NCBI GenBank assembly: GCA_030040015.1
Contig: JASHUM010000123.1
Location: forward strand, 37,887 to 101,886
Length of the DNA stretch: 64,000 nt
Reading direction: 5' to 3'
Source: Acidimicrobiales bacterium
Lineage (GTDB): Bacteria; Actinomycetota; Acidimicrobiia; Acidimicrobiales; UBA8190
The position numbers and the translations under genes were made by a program. The notes beneath the pieces were generated by a model. The model had not been told where the DNA came from. It did not search any database and saw only the letters and a program-made list of their open reading frames with translations. Positions 1-8,021 of this stretch are shown piece by piece (the stretch's first letter is position 1; every line of letters begins with the position of its first letter).

Positions 1-128
1 CCGACGAGCTGTGGCGGTTCCGCATGATCACCGCCTACGGGGGGGAGGGCAACGCCGTGCCGAGACAACAGGACGTCGTCTCGTTCCTCGGCTGGTGCCG
101 GGACATGTGCCGCTGGCGCCGGACATGA
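1..128 (+). CDS. 3' end of an unidentified protein-coding gene (partial, runs off the left edge)
   Basis: Open frame from position 3 to TGA at 126-128 (...DELWRFRMITAYGGEGNAVPRQQDVVSFLGWCRDMCRWRRT*). G/C-rich third codon positions. No family recognised. Confidence 0.3.
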   Translation, partial: DELWRFRMITAYGGEGNAVPRQQDVVSFLGWCRDMCRWRRT

Positions 129-147
129 CCGGATAGCCTCTGGGCCG

Positions 148-684
148 ATGTCACCAGCGGTATCAGGGATGGTGGGGGCCAATCGGGCCTTGGTCCTGAA
201 CGCCACGTTCGAGCCGCTGGGGATCGTGTCGTCGCGCCGGGCCCTGCTCCTGGTGCTCGCCACCCGGGCCGAGCTCCTGCACGCCACCGAGGCGTTCTTC
301 CACGCCGAGCGGGCCTCCTTCCCCGAGCCGTCGGTGGTCCGCCTGTCGCGTTACGTGCGGGTACCCCACAACCGCACGGTGGCCGTCAACCGGCGGACGG
401 TGTTCGCCCGGGACGGGCACCGCTGTCAGTACTGCGGTCTACCGGCCGAGAGCATCGATCACGTGGTGCCGCGCAGCCGGGGAGGCCTGCACGTGTGGGA
501 CAACGTGGTGGCCGCCTGCCGGCGCTGCAACACCCGAAAGGAGGACCGGCTCCCGCACGAGGTTGGACTGGTCCTTCGGTGCCCGCCCGCCGCGCCACGC
601 CAGCGGGTGTGGCTCTTGGCCATGAGCGGCGGCGCCCGCGCCGACTGGGCCCCGTATCTCGGCGAGCAGTCGCTGACTGCGTGA
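148..684 (+). CDS. HNH endonuclease family protein
   Basis: 178-aa ORF with a His-Me finger signature: HRCQYCG...IDHVVPRSRGG...WDNVVAACRRCNTRK (two CxxC pairs plus H-N-H residues). Confidence 0.85.
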   Translation: MSPAVSGMVGANRALVLNATFEPLGIVSSRRALLLVLATRAELLHATEAFFHAERASFPEPSVVRLSRYVRVPHNRTVAVNRRTVFARDGHRCQYCGLPAESIDHVVPRSRGGLHVWDNVVAACRRCNTRKEDRLPHEVGLVLRCPPAAPRQRVWLLAMSGGARADWAPYLGEQSLTA

Positions 685-1388
685 GTCGCCGGGCCGCCTG
701 GCTCGTCGAGGAACGCTCCGGTACCGCCTCCGCTCTGCACGCGCCGTGGCCGGCGCCCGGCCACCAGGACCACCGGCTCCTGAGCCGATGTGAAGCCAGC
801 GCGCCGGCCTTGGTGCTGGGGAGCGCCCAGCCCCACACGATCGTCGCCGCCGGTGGCGACAGCGCGTCGGACCTGGAGGTGACGCGACGGGGGAGCGGCG
901 GAGGCGCAGTGTTGCTCCTGCCCGGACGCCAGCTGTGGCTCGATGCCTGGGTGCCGCGGAACGACCCGCTGTGGGACGACGACGTGGTGCGATCCTCGTG
1001 GTGGTTCGGTGATGTGTGGGCAGCGGCGCTGGAGTCGCTCGGGGTGACCGACGTGCACGTGCATCACGGCCGTGCGATTCCCGGCGAGTGGTCCGATCGC
1101 GTGTGCTTCGCCGGGACGGGGCCGGGCGAGGTGCAGGTGGCCGGGCGCAAGGTGGTGGGGCTGTCGCAGCGCCGCACCCGCGCCGGGGCGCGCCTGAGCG
1201 CGCTGGCGCTGTCGGTGTGGGATGCCGATGCGCTGCTCGAGCTCCTCGAGCTCACCCCCGACGAGAGAGGGCGCGCCGCCCCGGTCGTGGCCGAGGCCGC
1301 CGTCGGTCTCGAGTCCGTGGTCCCGTCGGTGCCGCCCTCCGAGCTGCTCGACCTGCTGGGCACGAGGCTCGTCTCCCGCATGCCCTGA
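681..1388 (+). CDS. Biotin/lipoate protein ligase (LplA/LipB-type catalytic domain) family protein
   Basis: GTG at 681 overlaps the HNH stop (GTGA). RRGSGGGAV and GRKVVGLSQRR resemble the two signature motifs of the BPL/LPL catalytic domain. The ORF-track start at 495 lies inside the HNH gene and is unlikely. Confidence 0.6.
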   Translation: MSRRAAWLVEERSGTASALHAPWPAPGHQDHRLLSRCEASAPALVLGSAQPHTIVAAGGDSASDLEVTRRGSGGGAVLLLPGRQLWLDAWVPRNDPLWDDDVVRSSWWFGDVWAAALESLGVTDVHVHHGRAIPGEWSDRVCFAGTGPGEVQVAGRKVVGLSQRRTRAGARLSALALSVWDADALLELLELTPDERGRAAPVVAEAAVGLESVVPSVPPSELLDLLGTRLVSRMP

Positions 1389-1550
1389 GCCGGACGGGCG
1401 CCGCCGCGCCTCGCCCTGGCCCAGAACCTCCCACCCCGGCCTCAGCCGGCCGCCGCCGTCCGCTGCCGGGCCCCATCTCTCCTCGCGCCCACCGCGTCGG
1501 CCCCTTGGGGCACGGCGGGCCAGGACCCGGGCGCAAGGTGCCGCCAAAGG

Positions 1551-1580
1551 TTGACGAAGTGGTGAATTAGGGCGTAAAGT
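1551..1580 (+). promoter_or_regulatory. Candidate sigma-70-type promoter of the mraZ/dcw operon
   Basis: TTGACG (1551-1556), an 18-nt spacer, then TAAAGT (1575-1580, fits TAnnnT). It sits in a locally AT-richer patch about 70 nt upstream of the mraZ start. Confidence 0.45.
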
Positions 1581-1594
1581 GGTGCGAAGTGGTG
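1557..1594 (+). promoter_or_regulatory. Three phased AAGTGGTG direct repeats (candidate MraZ operator)
   Basis: AAGTGGTG at 1557-1564, 1577-1584 and 1587-1594, spaced 20 and 10 bp. The last two belong to a tandem 10-bp unit AAGTGGTGCG. The repeats overlap the spacer, the -10 element and the predicted transcription start. Confidence 0.5.
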
Positions 1595-1647
1595 CGAAGG
1601 GGAGGTTCCCGCCACGATGACGGGACGCAGCAGGGGAGCAGCGCTTC

Positions 1648-2070
1648 GTGGTGGCACGGTTCTTCGGGACGTACGAGCACACGCTCGATGCGAAGGGGAG
1701 GGTCGTCCTCCCCGTTCGCTTCCGCGCCGCCTTCGCCGAGGGGGGGTTCCTCACGCAGAACCACGACGGGTGCCTGGCGCTGTGGACGCCCGAGCAATTC
1801 GACCGCCAGATGCAGGAGCGAGAAGAGCGCGAGTCCCAAGGTCGTCTCGAGCGCAACCACGCCCGGATGTGGGCGGCCACCTCACACGAGGTGGAGGTCG
1901 ACCGCCAGGGCCGGATGCCCATCCCCGGCCGGCTGCGCGAGTTCGCCGGCCTGCGGGAGAACGTGCTCGTCACCGGGATCATGAACCGCGTCGAGCTGTG
2001 GGACCCCGTCCGCTGGGAGGAGAAGATCGGCCCCGAGGAGCAGCGTCTTGCCGACGGGCTCGACCAGTGA
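1648..2070 (+). CDS. mraZ: Transcriptional regulator MraZ
   Basis: 140 aa. N-terminus (V)ARFFGTYEHTLDAKGRVVLP and second half-domain DRQGRMPIPGRLREFAGL match the duplicated SpoVT/AbrB-like MraZ fold. First gene of the dcw cluster. GGGGAG SD about 9 nt upstream. Confidence 0.95.
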   Translation: MVARFFGTYEHTLDAKGRVVLPVRFRAAFAEGGFLTQNHDGCLALWTPEQFDRQMQEREERESQGRLERNHARMWAATSHEVEVDRQGRMPIPGRLREFAGLRENVLVTGIMNRVELWDPVRWEEKIGPEEQRLADGLDQ

Positions 2071-2185
2071 GCAGCTCGCAGAAGATCGACACAGAGGAAA
2101 GGAACGCCCTACAGCCACAGCACGACACCCACCCCATCGCCCGCGCCCGGCACCGGCGCTCCTGGTCGCGCCGGTGCCGGACCTG

Positions 2186-2303
2186 GCTCATGCGCAGCCC
2201 CTCGACTGGTCCGGTGGAAGAATCCTCCTCCGCCCACTTCCAACCGAGTCGCTGGAGCACCCCTCCCAACGACACATGGCCCGTCGAGGGGCTGCGCATG
2301 AGC
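2186..2303 (+). repeat. 21-bp perfect inverted repeat (arms 2186-2206 and 2283-2303) in the mraZ-rsmH spacer
   Basis: GCTCATGCGCAGCCCCTCGAC at 2186-2206 is the exact reverse complement of GTCGAGGGGCTGCGCATGAGC at 2283-2303, with a 76-nt loop. The right arm contains the rsmH SD (GAGGGG 2286-2291) and ATG (2298-2300). Confidence 0.9.
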
Positions 2304-3257
2304 TCGGATTTCGCCCATCGCCCGGTGATGGCCGACGAGGTGGTGGCGCTCTTCGCCCCCGTGCCCCTCGGCGTCGTCGTGGACACCACCGCCGGGGCCG
2401 GAGGCCACTCCGTCGCCATTCTCGACGCCCACCCGCACCTCGAGGTGCTGGCCCTCGACCGCGATCCTGACGCCGTCGCCGCGGCGCGCCGGGCTCTGGC
2501 GCCCTACGGGCGTCGCGCTCGGGTGGTCCAGGCGCGCTTCGGCGCGTTGGACGAGGCGCTGGCCGGCTCGTCGGTGACGTCGGTGAGCGGTGTGCTGTTC
2601 GACCTCGGGGTGAGCTCGCCCCAGCTCGATCGCCCCGAGCGCGGCTTCTCCTATCGGAGCGCCGGCCCTCTCGACATGCGCATGGACCCGGCGCAGCCCC
2701 ACGACGCCGCCCACCTCGTCAACACCATGGACGAGAGGGAGCTGGCCCGCCTTCTGGCTGAGAACGGAGAAGCCCGCTTCGCCCGGCGCATCGCCCGTCG
2801 CGTGGTGTCCGCCCGACCCCTGCACACCACCGACGAGCTGGCATCGATCGTGGCCGGGGCCATTCCCGCCGCCGCCCGGCGAAGGGGACATCCGGCTCGC
2901 CGGGTGTTCCAGGCGCTGCGGGTGGCCGTCAACGACGAGCTCGGTGAGCTCGAGTCCGGTCTCTCCGCCGCCATCGAGGCGTTGGCACCCGGTGGCCGCT
3001 GCGTCGCCATCTCGTACCACTCCGGCGAGGACCGCTTGGTCAAGGCGGGCTTCGCCGAGGCTGTCTCGGGCGGGTGCGTGTGCCCGCCCGGACTGCCCTG
3101 CACCTGCGGGGCTGAGCCGCTCGGGCGACTCGTGTTCCGCGGTGCCCGCCGGCCCTCGCCGGCGGAGGTCGCCCACAACCCCAGAGCGCAGAGCGCCCGC
3201 CTGCGCGCCTTCGAGCGCTCCACCTCGTCATCGCCGGCGCCCACCGGGGACAGCTGA
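2298..3257 (+). CDS. rsmH: 16S rRNA (cytosine1402-N4)-methyltransferase RsmH
   Basis: HRPVMADEVV...DTTAGAGGHS SAM-binding region, DLGVSSPQLD and SYHSGEDRLVK motifs. Start chosen at ATG 2298 (SD GAGGGG 6 nt upstream). An in-frame ATG at 2190 is an alternative. Confidence 0.9.
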   Translation: MSSDFAHRPVMADEVVALFAPVPLGVVVDTTAGAGGHSVAILDAHPHLEVLALDRDPDAVAAARRALAPYGRRARVVQARFGALDEALAGSSVTSVSGVLFDLGVSSPQLDRPERGFSYRSAGPLDMRMDPAQPHDAAHLVNTMDERELARLLAENGEARFARRIARRVVSARPLHTTDELASIVAGAIPAAARRRGHPARRVFQALRVAVNDELGELESGLSAAIEALAPGGRCVAISYHSGEDRLVKAGFAEAVSGGCVCPPGLPCTCGAEPLGRLVFRGARRPSPAEVAHNPRAQSARLRAFERSTSSSPAPTGDS

Positions 3258-3667
3258 TGGCAGTGTCGGCCGCCCCCAGTGAGGTTCGGCGCGCCCCGGC
3301 GCAGCCCCGACCGGCGCCGTGGCGTGGGGCCGCGCTGGGTGTCGTCGGACCTCGCCGGCACCGCCCTGCGCCCGCCCGGCGCTCGCCGCTCATGCTCGCC
3401 CTGGGCACGCTCCTGGCCAGCCTGCTCCTCGTGGGCGGCGCCCACGCATATCTCACCGCCGGTCAGGTGCGTCTGGCTCGCCTGCAGGAGCAGCTCGGTT
3501 CGGCCCAGGCGCGTGAGCGGGGCCTGCAGGTGCAGGTGGCCCAGCTCGAGAACCCGTCGCACGTGGTGACCCAGGCCCAGCAGCAGGGCCTGACCGTGCC
3601 CTCGCAGGTGACGGATCTGCCCTTGGTGGGAGGGGAGAGCGGCTCAGGCTCTGCTCAGAAGCAGTGA
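3257..3667 (+). CDS. ftsL: FtsL-like cell division protein (septum formation initiator)
   Basis: 136 aa. Arg/Pro-rich tail, one TM helix (LMLALGTLLASLLLVGGAHAYL), then a Leu/Gln coiled coil. Canonical position between rsmH and ftsI. ATG overlaps the rsmH stop by 1 nt. Confidence 0.6.
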   Translation: MAVSAAPSEVRRAPAQPRPAPWRGAALGVVGPRRHRPAPARRSPLMLALGTLLASLLLVGGAHAYLTAGQVRLARLQEQLGSAQARERGLQVQVAQLENPSHVVTQAQQQGLTVPSQVTDLPLVGGESGSGSAQKQ

Positions 3668-5541
3668 TCACCGGGGCCGCCACCCGCGACGCGCTGCGCC
3701 GGCGGGGATACGAGCGGCGGCCTCCCGGACAGACGCCGGCGCCACGGGCCCAGGTCACCGGACCGCCCCGGCGCAAGCGCCTGGGCGTCATGCGCGTCGT
3801 TCTCCTCCTCGCCTTCGCCGCGCTGGCGCTGCGACTGGTCGTCGTGCAGGGCATCTCCGGAGGGCACTACTCGGCCATCGGCAGTGCCGAGGTCACGACG
3901 ACGGTGCGTGTCCCCGCCCCGCGCGGGACCATCTACGACCGCGACGGCGCCGTCCTCGCCGTGTCCGTCCCGACCTCGACGGTGGTGGCCGACCACTTCC
4001 TCATCACCCACCCAGCCGGTGAGGCCGCCACCTTGGCGCCGGTGCTCGGCGTGTCGCAGGCCACGCTCACGAGCGAGCTGTCGGAGCACTCGGGGTACGT
4101 CGTCCTCGCTCGCCAGGTCGACCAGGACACCTCGAAGAAGGTGCAGGTCCTCGACCTGGCCGGCATCGACCTGGTCCCCTCGAGCCAGCGGGTCGACCCC
4201 GCCGGGCAACTGGCCGCCCCCGTCCTCGGCGGCGTCGACGCTTCGGGCGCCGGCGACGGCGGGCTCGAGTACCGCTTCAATTCGCTCCTGGCCGGCCAGC
4301 CGGGAACCGAGGTGCTCCAACGCACCCCTGACGACGTCCCCCTCCCCGGCGGCACCAGTGGCACCGGAGCGGTGGCCGGCACCGGGCTCGAGCTCACCCT
4401 CGACGAGCAGCTCCAGTACGTGACCGAGCAGTCGCTCGGGGCCGAGGTGCTGGCGTCGCACGCCAAGAGCGGGGTCGCCGTGGTCATGGACACCCGCACC
4501 GGCCAGATCCTGTCCATGGCCGATCTCGCCGTGAACCCCGACACCGGCGCGCTGGAAGAGGCACCGTCCAACTATGCAGTGACCAAGGTGTACGAGCCGG
4601 GTTCGGTCTTCAAAGTGGTCACCTTCTCGGCCGCCTTGCAGGAAGGGCTCATCCAGCCCCAAGAGGAGTTCACCATCCCGGACACGCTGACCATCGACGG
4701 CTGGGTGTTCCACGACGCCGAGAGCCATCCCACCGAGCAGCTCACCGCCACGCAGATCCTGGCCCAGTCGTCCAACATCGGCACCATCGAGATCGCCAAC
4801 CTGGTCGGCAAGGACCGCCTCGTCCAACAGATCGCCGCCCTCGGTTTCGGGAAGCCAAGCGGGCTCGACTTCCCCGGTGAGTCGGCCGGCCTGGTGAACC
4901 TCGACCCGGACAGCTGGTCGGGGTCGGACATGGGATCGACGCCCATCGGCCAGGACGACGCCGTCACCGCCCAGCAGGTCCTCGACATGGTGAACACCGT
5001 CGCCACCGGCGGGGTGTTCGTCCCGCCCCGACTGGTGCGGGCCACGGTGAGCCCCGACGGGAAGGTGACGGCGACCAAGCCCGGGGCCACCCACCGGGTG
5101 CTCTCCACCTCGGTGTCCTCCACACTCACCACCATGATGGAGCAGGTGGTCCAGGACGGCACCGCCGTGGCCGCCGGGATCCCCGGGTACACGGTGGCGG
5201 GCAAGACCGGCACGGCCGAGGTCCCCAGTCCCCAGGGCGGCTACATCCCGGGTGCCTTCATGGCCACCTTCGCCGGCTTCGCCCCCGCCCAGCACCCGGT
5301 GCTCTCCGCCATCGTCGTCCTCGAGCAGCCCACACCCATCTACGGCGGCACCGTGGCGGCGCCGGTGTTCGCCCAGATCATGGGGTACGCCCTGCACCGC
5401 TACGGGGTGCCCACGTCCCAGCCCACCGGCCCGGGCGGCGCCTCGGCGGCCCCGCTGCCCCTGGGCACGGACGAAGCCGGGGGCACCGGCGGCGCCGCTA
5501 CGATCGGCGCCACCTCCGGCTCCGCCACGGGCACGCCGTGA
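3664..5541 (+). CDS. ftsI: Penicillin-binding protein, class B transpeptidase (FtsI-type)
   Basis: N-terminal TM anchor (VVLLLAFAALALRLVVV). SxxK (SVFK), SxN (SSN) and KTG (KTGT) active-site triad. GTG overlaps the ftsL stop (GTGA). Confidence 0.9.
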   Translation: MITGAATRDALRRRGYERRPPGQTPAPRAQVTGPPRRKRLGVMRVVLLLAFAALALRLVVVQGISGGHYSAIGSAEVTTTVRVPAPRGTIYDRDGAVLAVSVPTSTVVADHFLITHPAGEAATLAPVLGVSQATLTSELSEHSGYVVLARQVDQDTSKKVQVLDLAGIDLVPSSQRVDPAGQLAAPVLGGVDASGAGDGGLEYRFNSLLAGQPGTEVLQRTPDDVPLPGGTSGTGAVAGTGLELTLDEQLQYVTEQSLGAEVLASHAKSGVAVVMDTRTGQILSMADLAVNPDTGALEEAPSNYAVTKVYEPGSVFKVVTFSAALQEGLIQPQEEFTIPDTLTIDGWVFHDAESHPTEQLTATQILAQSSNIGTIEIANLVGKDRLVQQIAALGFGKPSGLDFPGESAGLVNLDPDSWSGSDMGSTPIGQDDAVTAQQVLDMVNTVATGGVFVPPRLVRATVSPDGKVTATKPGATHRVLSTSVSSTLTTMMEQVVQDGTAVAAGIPGYTVAGKTGTAEVPSPQGGYIPGAFMATFAGFAPAQHPVLSAIVVLEQPTPIYGGTVAAPVFAQIMGYALHRYGVPTSQPTGPGGASAAPLPLGTDEAGGTGGAATIGATSGSATGTP

Positions 5542-5569
5542 CCGGGCCGTCGGACCCCCGATCGTGCGC

Positions 5570-6982
5570 ATGGACCGGTTGCTCACAGGTGTCGAGCTCG
5601 TCGACACCATCGGCGATCCGTCCGTCGCCGAGGTGGCATCGGTCGAGCTCGACCACCATCTCGTCGGTCCGGGGGCGCTCTTCTGCTGCGTGGTGGGGAG
5701 CCGGTTCGACGGGCACGATTTCGCCCCGGACGCGGTGCGGGCCGGGGCGGTCGGGCTCTTGGTGGAGCGGCCTGTGGCCCTCGACGTCCCCCAGGCCGTG
5801 GTGCCGACAGGAAGGATGCGCACGGCCATGGCGCAGGTGTCCGCGGCGCTGTGGGAGCACCCGGCCCGCTCCCTGTGCATGGTCGGGGTGACCGGGACCA
5901 ACGGCAAGACCACGGTCACCCACCTCCTCGGGGCGATCTTCGACGCACACGGCGCACCGTGCGAGGTGATCGGGACGCTGGGCGGACCCCGCACCACCCC
6001 CGAGGCCCCCGACCTCCAACGCCAGCTGGCTCGGGCCCGCGACCGTGGGAAGAAGTCCGTGGCCATGGAGGTGTCGTCGCACGCCTTGGCCGCGGGGCGG
6101 GTGGAGGACATCGAGTTCGACTGTGCCGTCTTCACCAACTTGAGCCACGACCACCTCGACTTCCACGGCGACATGGAGTCCTACTTCGAGGCCAAGGCCT
6201 CGCTGTTTCGGCCCGGCCACGCCCGGCTCGGGGTCGTCAACGCCGACGACGAGTGGGGCAGGCGGCTCTTGGCACGGGCCACCATCCCCGCCGTGTCCTA
6301 CCGCGCCGGCGACGCCACCGACGTCGAGGTGAGCGTGCATCACAGCTCTTTCGGATGGCGCCGGCACCGGGTGGTCCTGGCCCTGAGCGGCACGTACCAC
6401 GTCGCCAACGCCGTGGCCGCCGCCACTGCGGCGAGCGCCCTGGGCGTTCCCGACGACGTGATCGTGGCCGGGCTCGAGGCGGCCCCTCCCGTTCCCGGAC
6501 GCTTCGAGGTGGTGACCACCGACGCACCGTTCACGGTGGTCGTCGACTACGCCCACACGCCCGACGGGCTCGCCAGCGCCCTGCGCAGCGCCCGGGCGCT
6601 GGCCGGTGGGCACCACGTGCTGTGCGTGTTCGGCTGCGGTGGCGATCGCGACGCCGCCAAGCGTCCGGAGATGGGACGGGTGGCCGCGGCCGGAGCCGAC
6701 GTCGTGGTCGTCACCTCCGACAACCCCCGGTCGGAGGATCCCATGGCCATCATCGACGCCGTTCTGGCCGGGATCGACGACCGGCACGCGGTCGCGGTCG
6801 AGCCCGACCGCCGAGCAGCCATCTCCCTGGCCGTGGAGGTGGCCCGTCCCGGTGACGTCGTGCTCGTGGCGGGCAAGGGCCACGAGCAGGCCATCGAGAT
6901 CGGTGGCGTGAGCCTGCCCTTCGACGACCGCCAGGAGGCCCAGGCGGCGGTGTCGGCGCGCCGGGGGAGGATCGACACGTGA
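5570..6982 (+). CDS. murE: UDP-N-acetylmuramoyl-L-alanyl-D-glutamate--2,6-diaminopimelate ligase MurE
   Basis: Mur ligase P-loop GVTGTNGKTT and DNPRSEDP (the MurE DNPR motif). Start at ATG 5570, with GTG 5564 also possible. The ORF-track start at 5252 overlaps ftsI and is unlikely. Confidence 0.9.
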   Translation: MDRLLTGVELVDTIGDPSVAEVASVELDHHLVGPGALFCCVVGSRFDGHDFAPDAVRAGAVGLLVERPVALDVPQAVVPTGRMRTAMAQVSAALWEHPARSLCMVGVTGTNGKTTVTHLLGAIFDAHGAPCEVIGTLGGPRTTPEAPDLQRQLARARDRGKKSVAMEVSSHALAAGRVEDIEFDCAVFTNLSHDHLDFHGDMESYFEAKASLFRPGHARLGVVNADDEWGRRLLARATIPAVSYRAGDATDVEVSVHHSSFGWRRHRVVLALSGTYHVANAVAAATAASALGVPDDVIVAGLEAAPPVPGRFEVVTTDAPFTVVVDYAHTPDGLASALRSARALAGGHHVLCVFGCGGDRDAAKRPEMGRVAAAGADVVVVTSDNPRSEDPMAIIDAVLAGIDDRHAVAVEPDRRAAISLAVEVARPGDVVLVAGKGHEQAIEIGGVSLPFDDRQEAQAAVSARRGRIDT

Positions 6983-8013
6983 TCTCGCTCATGTCGGCGG
7001 GCGGCATCGCCCTGTGGGTGGCCGGCCTGGGCACGCCCGCGCTCATCGGATGGCTGGTGCGCAACCGCATCGGCCAGCAGATCCGCACCGACGGTCCGTC
7101 CATGCACCAAGCCAAGGCGGGAACGCCCACCATGGGTGGCGTCGCCATCGTGGTGGCCATGGTGGCCGGGTACCTGCTCGGACACGCCGGGACGCACGTG
7201 GCCTTCACCCGCGGCGGGGTGCTGGTCGTGCTGGTCACGGTGGCGGCCGGCGGGGTCGGCGTGGTCGACGACTGGATCAAGGTCCATCGGCGGCGCAGCC
7301 TGGGCCTCAACAAGCGGGGCAAGTTCGGCGCCCTGCTCGTGATCGCCGTGGGCTACGCCATCGCCTCCGAGAAGTGGGCCCGGGTCGACACCCACCTCTC
7401 CTTCACCAGGTGGGACTCGATCGGCATCGAGCTCGGAGCGGTCTGGTGGGTGATATGGGCCACCTTGCTCCTCGTGGGCACGGCCAACGCCGTCAACCTC
7501 ACCGACGGCCTCGACGGTTTGGCATCTGGGGCAGCCACGTTCTGCTTCGCCATCCTGGCCATCATCGGCTACTGGCAGTTCCGGCACTTCTCCATCTACC
7601 GGGTGTCCTCGGCGCTCGACCTGGCGTTGGTCTCCGTGGCCCTGGCCGGGGCGTGTCTCGGCTTCCTGTGGTGGAACGCCGCTCCGGCGCGCATCTTCAT
7701 GGGGGACACCGGCTCTCTGGCCATCGGGACCGGACTGGCCGCCCTGTGCCTGCAGATGAACCTGCAGCTGCTGCTCGCCGTCATCGGCGGGCTGTTCGTA
7801 ATCGTCACGCTGTCGGTGGTGATCCAGGTGGTGAGTTTCTGGGTGTTCCACCGCCGGGTGTTCCGCATGGCCCCGCTCCATCACCACTTCGAGCTGTTGG
7901 GCTGGCCCGAGACCACCGTCATCGTGCGCTTCTGGATCCTGGCCGGACTGTTCGCCGCGCTCGGGCTGGGCATCTTCTACGCCGACTTCCTGTCGGTGTC
8001 GAGCCTGCACTGA
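6979..8013 (+). CDS. mraY: Phospho-N-acetylmuramoyl-pentapeptide-transferase MraY
   Basis: Polytopic membrane protein with NAVNLTDGLDGLA and APLHHHFELLGW motifs. GTG overlaps the murE stop (GTGA). Confidence 0.95.
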   Translation: MISLMSAGGIALWVAGLGTPALIGWLVRNRIGQQIRTDGPSMHQAKAGTPTMGGVAIVVAMVAGYLLGHAGTHVAFTRGGVLVVLVTVAAGGVGVVDDWIKVHRRRSLGLNKRGKFGALLVIAVGYAIASEKWARVDTHLSFTRWDSIGIELGAVWWVIWATLLLVGTANAVNLTDGLDGLASGAATFCFAILAIIGYWQFRHFSIYRVSSALDLALVSVALAGACLGFLWWNAAPARIFMGDTGSLAIGTGLAALCLQMNLQLLLAVIGGLFVIVTLSVVIQVVSFWVFHRRVFRMAPLHHHFELLGWPETTVIVRFWILAGLFAALGLGIFYADFLSVSSLH

Positions 8014-8021
8014 GGACGTCG

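Noticed and set aside
2186-2303. Reading the 21-bp inverted repeat as the terminal inverted repeats of a MITE.
   Set aside because: No target-site duplication flanks the arms. The right arm doubles as the SD, start codon and first codons of rsmH. No second copy occurs in the window. A regulatory RNA structure is more parsimonious, though a domesticated element cannot be excluded.
5252-5569. Upstream extensions offered by the ORF track for murE (5252), murD (7014), murC (11588), ftsQ (13521), tyrS (35865), pyrC (51517), efp (48230) and others.
   Set aside because: These extensions overlap the preceding, motif-verified gene in another frame and are Arg/Pro-rich. Starts were instead placed at the first ATG/GTG near the upstream stop that preserves the conserved N-terminus.
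3655-6174. Very long antisense or out-of-frame ORFs (for example 3655-6174 -, 9284-11245 -, 28525-31002 -, 54548-57910 -, 61653-63776 -).
   Set aside because: They are typical stop-poor shadow frames of a very GC-rich genome. Their translations are Arg/Gly/Pro/Ala-rich low-complexity strings. Each lies opposite a gene with unmistakable catalytic motifs.
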